A DNA stretch of 61,769 bases, counting the filler. It is 5 parts of 5 records of this genome, joined end to end, with 100 filler letters (N's around TTAATTAATTAA, not from the genome) between each part and the next. Parts side by side here need not be neighbours in the genome. Positions count along the whole stretch, not along the records: positions 49,330 to 61,769 come from SRR31147125_17803; 4 more parts are not named here. One strand, given 5' to 3'. The position numbers and the translations under genes are program-made. The notes below the pieces were generated by a model. It saw only the letters and a program-made list of their open reading frames with translations. It did no database searches and was not told the origin of the DNA. Of the stretch, positions 54,919 to 61,769 are shown piece by piece. How positions within the stretch are numbered: the first letter of the stretch is position 1; each line of letters opens with the position of its first letter.

Positions 54919-57900
54919 TTAATTTGTTAGCGTAAACTTGAAACTTACTCCAAAATTTACATTCGTTGTACGGTACGATAACGATGTAAAAGGATCGTTA
55001 ATAATCCGGTCGTAAAATACACGCATTTCAAATTTATCGCTTAAACGATAATCGGCGTAAGTTTTTACAGTAAAGTTTCCCTGGCCTGCTGTAATTTGGT
55101 TGTCGTCTTCGTCAAGCTGGCGCAATAAGGTTTTACTTTTTATATACGAAACATCAGTACGAATATTCAAGTCGTTAGAGTAAGCTTTTTGCGAATTTTT
55201 TGTTTTTATAATTAAGTCCATGTGCGTGAAACGGTAGCCCACACCCAGAACATATTCGTTACTTAAAATTTCGGTTAGCTGGTTGTTTGCAAACGACATG
55301 TTTAGATTACGCGTACGATTTATTTCGGCCCGGGTTGTAAGGTCGCTTTTCCATGTAATGTCCATGTTAATAAGCGGATTTAAGGCCTCTATAATACTTA
55401 CAGAGTTGAAATCGTAAGCCGGCACAAAGTTGTCGGCCAAATCTCGTACGTAACTGTAACCATCGGTTGATGCCAGGTAATTAAGGTTAGTGGCATACGA
55501 ACCTACAGTGTAGTTTGATGTGTAAGTATGCTGAAAGTTTAGCGAACGCATTACATTGTTCAGTCCCGGAATTTTTGAAACCATACCTTCGTAGCGGATG
55601 GTCCAGTTTGGCCTGATATTTTTAAGTGATGGGAACATATCGAGCGAAACTTTCTCAGGATCTTTATTCTGATAAGCTGCCATAATGCAGGAACAAGAAC
55701 TTCAACAGAGTTTGGTCCATATCCATCGGGGAAACTTGGGGTTTGGGAGTGCGACTGACTTGCATTATAACCGCTGGTGTTTCCCCGGTCCTGGGCTAAA
55801 CGATTGGCAATAACCAAACGATAATCTTTCATTTTTTCGAATGTTGCCGAGCTGGTAACTTCCTCTTTTCCCATTTTAAAGAAGGCTGTTCCCCAGGTTA
55901 GAGTAGACATACTAAAGTTACCCGTTTCAGAAAAACTGTTGGCAACAAATTGTCCGCTGTTATAATCGTAATCGTAGTATTCCGTAACATTTTTCGAGAA
56001 CGAACGATTGGCATTAATATCAATTCTTAAATCGGGCAGAGGTTCCCATGTTATCCTAAAATTCACACGTTCGTTGTCGTTAAACATGTATGGTTGATTA
56101 AGCGTTGAGTCGGTAGTAATCCAGCCATTTTCTGCTGCTTTTACCGCAAAATCGCGATCTTGCCATCCAAACAGGAATGGTAATCCCGGAGCAAAATTTG
56201 ACTGCGCACTAGGTACTCCCCATTCCGGATCGCCTGAAAAATTGCCGGCTCCAAACAATGTTGGTTCGGGCAAATAACCCGGTAAAGCAGTACCGCCATT
56301 TTTACTGTACGTAACCGCAATCGAACGGAATCCAATAATCATACGCGTTGTAACATCGAGCATGTCTTTTAGTAAAGGTTGGTCGCCGCGTTTCCCGGTT
56401 ACCGAAAGCATTGCTTGTGCGGCACTGGCCGTTGGCGTAAATTCAATGGTATTTCTGTCGAGTATTGAAACCTTTCCGGCAACTTTCTTACCATCATTAT
56501 CCGTAACTAAAACACTAACTTTTTTGGTGTCAAGTTTATGGTTAATCTTTTGTGCTTTCTGAGCCGACAAACGTACTTTTTTTGTAAACGACTCTTCTTT
56601 CTTTGGTTGTATTGGTTGGGTATCTCGCTGACTACTGCTCGAACTTCTTCCTCTTGACGTGCTCCTGTTCATACTGCCCCTGCGACTTCCCGTTCGTTTG
56701 AATTTTTTATTAAGATCGCGGAAATAGGGTACTTTGTTAAACAGTGTTTGCGTATTCGCATTTCCTGTTACCGTAAGGTTCCGTGTATTGGTAATGGTAT
56801 TACCCAGGTTTATTGATTCATCGTTGGTTAGCGAGCCCGCATCCCAACTGTATGTTCCCGAATAACGTATTGAAGAGCTGATAAAATTTAGTGCTTTTAT
56901 ACTACGAATAGGTACCTTATATGTGGCATTAAAACTGTGGTTATAAATTGTTGGTCGTCCCATATCCCACAGGTTTGTAAGAATTGAGTCGCGTTTCCAT
57001 TCATAATCGTCATCATCTTTATTTATTCTTCCTTCCGGTTCATCTATTCTGGAAGTTGACTGCGATGAAAAATCAAATTTAAGCGAACGCGTAACATCGT
57101 AACGAATATCTAAATATCGGTTCCACAAGAAATCTTTCTCGAAAGATGCCGGCAAAATAAAATCGGGATTGGTAATATTTCGTGTTTGTGTTTCGTGATA
57201 CTTCCTGTATAAATTTGTACGAAACGATATTTGTGTAGGAAGCGGATAAAAATTGAAATCGCCAATTAATTTTAATGGCCCTTTCTGTAGTAATTTTACC
57301 TTTTTAAAAGGTTGTATAAGTTTTGGGCGATTGCTATAATTGTACGAGAACATAAGTTTGTGGGTTTTGTCCACATCGGTTTCTGTTGTTACATCGCGTT
57401 TCGATACTTCGTTGTATGAATAAGTAACCGCAAAATTTTCCGGATCCCATAAGTGTGTTTTTTCGCGTTGACGTTTGGGCTCTACTTTTACGTTGGTGAA
57501 GTTGATACTTTTTCGCTCGGTAACCTCCTGTGCAATAAATTTAAGCGAGTCTTTCTCATTCTGTGTGTCAAGTCTCGATAAAGACTGGTCCATTTCAATA
57601 TCCGGTTCCAAAGGATTGTATTTCGGATTGGTTGCGCTTCTCGAATAACCGTAATACATTGGGATACGCACGCCTGCTTTTTCAGGGAAGAAGCGACCCC
57701 AGTCTATAGATGAAGATATATCAATTTCAGACAGGTCGTCTACTTGCTGACTGTTAATATTCTGGTCAATACTTCCGAATCCTGAAGAGCGTTTCCTTCC
57801 GGCAACTGTTACACTACCTAAATCAGCCAGTCGTGCCGACACACGTGCATTGGCAGCCCAACCTCCTTCATCTTCGAAATCAGACAGACGCAATTCGTTG

Positions 57901-60900
57901 GCCCAAACTTCAGCCGATTTTGGCCCGGTATTTACTTGCCCTTTTCTGTTACGGATACCCATCATAAATACTTCTACATTGCCTAGATTCGGGCTACCTT
58001 TTACTTTTATTCTGTTTTTGCCGTTATTGGCATCCGGGTCGTTACCCTCGTAAATACTTTGAGTGGAGATTGTTGAGCCCGGGGCACTCAAGGCATCGTT
58101 ACGATCCAATTTCAGGTCAGTGAATAAATCAAGCGAGAAGTCAATCTGGTTTTCTTCGGGCCAAACTATGTAACGGTCGGCTTCGCTTTCATTATTATAA
58201 TTAACACCATTTTTATGAGGAGTTAATTTCAACGGAATTTCGTATTCGTAGTAGTTGTAATTATAATCCGATCCCATACGAATGAAGAAGTAAAGTTCGT
58301 CATCTTCTAAAGGTGAACCTTCAATTTCTTCGGCATGGACATCCATTTTTATTGTTTTGTATTTTCTGAAATCCATGTACAGCGATTTGTAGGCCGCTTT
58401 GGCATCGCCTTGTTCCAGGTCGGTCACTTTCAGAACCATCGATTGCTCGTTCAACTGTTTTAACTGAGCATTTGCCGGATCGATAACCCTTGATACTCCC
58501 GGAGGAAGAACGTAGTTTACCGGGTCGCGGCTGCCGTTTTCTTCAATACTTACAGCCGAAATTTCGAGCTCGGCATTAGCCGACGGAATTGCATCAGCAT
58601 CAGAAATGTCATCGGTATAACGACGCCAGTCGGCACGAACCAAATCAAGAGTTGCAAAACGCATGATGGTTGAATCGTTAAAGCCGTGCATAAACATCCT
58701 CATAAAGCGAATAGATGAGAAGTCGTATATATTTCCCATTACCGCGTCTGGACTATTCACAGGAATTTTGAATTGGTACCAGTTTACTTCACCGATTGAA
58801 CCGTTTTTTAATTCTACTTTACTGTTTTTAATGTCAGTAATGTAGTTTTCGCCCAATACCATGTCTTCTTTTCGGATACTAACCTTATACTGGAAATAAC
58901 GTTCGTATTCGTTAAGTGTGTTATCACTGTTTATATCTTCGATATTGGGCAGAGTAGTTGCCGATGTGGTGTAGCTTTCTTCCGACATTTCGCTTGTTGG
59001 CGAGTTACCGTCAGGGCCGTTGTAATTTTTATACCGGCTTAAAATACTTCTTTCCTGAGTATCGTAATCAGAACCACGGTAATAATGGAAGTTATCACTT
59101 GCCGGATCTTTTCGTGCTTCGTCGTAAACATCGGAGTTTACTTTTAAGCGCAAGCTTTCCAAATAATTGGCAAAATAGTCCTGCTCGTCGGTGTCGTTCA
59201 AACCATCAAAACCAATGTCCTGGTATTCGCGCGATGTTAAGGTATTGTCGAATGCATTTACCAGTGATTGTAATGTCGAAACACGTCCCCAAACAGTTGA
59301 GTCAACGTTGGCTACTTCTCCGGTAGTTGGCAACCCGTTTTCGAAAGCTTTTCTTGAATCTTTTAACACATCTTCCGAAATATCACCGAGGTTGAAATAT
59401 AAATCACCACCTCTGTGGTCGCCCATTGTATCGTTTATAAACGGGTCCATCATCCAGAATTCAATGTATTCGATATTGGCCGTTTCAAAGTTGCTGGTTG
59501 TTATTTCGCGCATAATACCACCCCAGCGTGATTCCGGTAAACGCAGAGTTCCATCAGGATTTACACCGGCTGCGTAGCTACTTGTTCCCTCGTCGAAGTT
59601 ATAAGGCCCTCTTTCTGTTGGATAATAGGCAAGGTCGAACATTGCAATATTGGTTGCCTGACCTGTATCATATTCTTTTTCAGGAAATAATTCCTGTTCA
59701 AACACCTCACGCACAAGATGATTAGACTGCATGTCGTAGTCTCTTTTAATATGATCTGGTGTTAATGAGTTATTTCTTAAAAACAGAGGGTCGATATTGT
59801 AAAAGGCGAGCTTTGCACGGTTTACACCATAATCAAGCGAGTTGCTTAAGTAGGCTTCAGGAAATAAATCGCTCTGGTATTGTGGTGTACTTGCCAGCAT
59901 CCACGACTGAATGGAACGCATGTCGATTTCTGTTTTTGTCGCTTCAAAATCGTCGATATACACCGCTCCGTCAATGGCGCTTGAACTTCCCGGAATCAAT
60001 TTGGCATATTCTGCTTCAACATCAATTGCCGATACTGCGTTAGTACTGTAAAACGGCAATGCATTCAAAGCTTTGGTAAGAAACATGCTTTCAGTACTGT
60101 AACGGGTGTCGAAACCAAACATTAAGTTCGAAATTGGGTCCTCGCCGTAATCTACTTTTTCAGTAAGCGGCCTCTCATTCATATAAAGTAAGGTTGCCCC
60201 AACATTAAAATTATCGGAGAATGCATAGTTTGCATAAGAGCCCATTAGTGTTTTTCGCTGCATGGAAAACAGGTCTTCACTTTCTGTTGAAACAGAAATT
60301 GGAGTGCCTGCTTCGAGCAAAGCCTGGTTAATAATTTTTACCCGTCCGAGTGTGTAGTCAACAGTGTAGTCAACATTCTCAACCAGTACTTGTCCTCCGG
60401 CAGTTACTTTTACCGAACCTTGTGCAAGATTTAGTGCTCCCAGAGTAATGTCCGAACTCGACGAGCCTTTGTAACTACCAACCAGTTTAAACTTGTTGTG
60501 TTCAGCATCTTCTTCGGCGCTTATCTGGGTTTCATCGTACAGCGTTTGAAAGGTATATTTTTCAATGGCATCTGCATCCTGAAGCGAATCGGCAAGGTGG
60601 CTGCCAAATGGTTCAATAACGGGGAATATAATTTTACCTGCTGTTGAGTTGATGGTAATGTCTTCCACATAATCGAATATTCCGTCTTTTGTTGGATCGA
60701 GTTGTTTATTCAGCATGTCGAGGCGCATTACTTCCAATAAAATGTGTCCGTTTAGTCTGCTGCCCGGGAGATAGTTGATATCTGTTCCGGTTGAATCGTT
60801 TTGGTAAACAATATTAAGCTCGAAATCATCACTGGTAAGCTGATAGGCATTCAGATTATAGATGTTTTTCATCATCAGGTCCCAGGTTGGTTTTCCAGGC

Positions 60901-61769
60901 GATAAGTTGGTGCCTTTCAGTAATTTTACATATAAAGTTTGAGGAGCGTCGATACCATCGGTAGAGAATTCCCCAACCTGAAATGTTTGCCCGTTCGAGG
61001 TGAAATTGTATGCAACTGCAAGTACTTCGTCGGTATTAAGTGCACTGCTCAGCGAAATATAACCAAGTTGTTCGTTAATGCTATATTCCGATGAACTCAG
61101 TTTCCTGGCTTGTTCCACCTTTTCGAAATCGGTTCCACCAACAAAGTTCTGTCCGAACTGTGCCATGGTGCTGGTAATATTTTCAACCGAACGAACGCCG
61201 ACATAAGTCGTACTCATTTCGGAGTATAAACCATTGGCATCGTTGTTTGGGTAAACATTTTTAGGATAAGCAAGTCCGCCTGTAGCTTGAAATTGTGGAA
61301 TATTATTGTAAATATTCGGTTCGTGTTCTGCCAAATCCTGCAAAGCCAAAATATTACGCGACTCTTCAAAATCGCTCGATTTATTGGTTACCCAAACTTC
61401 AATTTTGTTAATGGTAATTGGCGATGTAATAATCGCTGTATTCTTCAGCCATTCGTCGTAATGATTACGGAAATACTGGGACAAAAAGAAATGTCGGTTG
61501 GCATCGTAATCAGCTGCCGATATTTCGAAGGTTGCTACCTGTGCTCCGCCCTCTGTTTCTACAGTTTGTGTTTCGCCTTTACTTTGAGAAAAGATAGTAG
61601 TTAAATTCAGTTTCCCGAATTGCATTTCTGATTTTATACCAAACAGGTTAGATGCTCCGGAAATTAGCGAGCCATTTAAAGGAAGCGAAACATTACCGGC
61701 TTCAATCGATTTTATAATTTCATCTTCATCACCGGTGTATTCAAGGTTCATTTTATTTTCGTAATCGAA
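54919..61769 (-). CDS. sprA: T9SS outer-membrane translocon SprA/Sov, copy A, 5' end outside window; frameshift near 55685
   Basis: Same motifs as copy B; ORFs 55560-61751 and 54919-55683 join as VLVPAF-MAAY when one T is restored; C-terminal strand NFGVSFKFTLTN. Confidence 0.95.

Noticed and set aside
88-61604. Numerous short antisense or nested ORFs in the track (e.g. 88-384, 18179-18715, 36373-36831, 47684-48238, 59191-59577)
   Set aside because: Shadows of well-supported genes with no recognisable motifs
49330-61769. sprA duplication as a simple assembly repeat
   Set aside because: The copies differ extensively in DNA and protein and are separated by a unique intergenic region with a terminator

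Overview
The window is five unrelated contigs joined by an artificial 100-nt spacer (44 N + TTAATTAATTAA + 44 N), so genes across spacers are not neighbours. Taxonomy below is inferred from gene content and style only. Contig 1 (1-19867, Gram-negative, FCB/KSB1-like) carries patatin, hflKC, a strongly cyanobacterial-type glgC, a sigma54 two-component pair followed by serpin, coiled-coil and beta-barrel genes, then bshA, lepA, an ABC exporter, lepB and hemW. Contig 2 (19968-35446, very AT-rich, code 11, Acholeplasma/Izemoplasma-like) carries nitrilase, a GNAT-methyltransferase fusion, tRNA-Ser and tRNA-Arg, a DUF4353-VTC-DUF4956 operon with a CiaR-type direct repeat, gpx, an amidohydrolase and a Wadjet/MksBEF-type jetA-jetB-jetC operon. 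That operon has no jetD; an aminopeptidase C/bleomycin hydrolase gene is translationally coupled in the jetD position. Contig 3 (35547-41433, Desulfobacteraceae-like) has an ASKHA/RACo corrinoid activator, DUF1638, a GAF-sigma54 regulator and two Zn-ribbon PilZ paralogs. Contig 4 (41534-49229) has hybrid kinases with CheR but no CheB, and a Tat arylsulfatase. Contig 5 (49330-61769, Prolixibacteraceae/Bacteroidota-like) has two tandem T9SS translocon sprA paralogs; the downstream copy shows systematic replacement of Lys/Arg by Ser/Thr/Asp/Glu. About eleven frameshifts, nearly all in homopolymer runs, look like sequencing errors. Best leads: JetABC+PepC without JetD, the charge-shifted second SprA, and the regulated VTC/DUF4956/DUF4353 operon.
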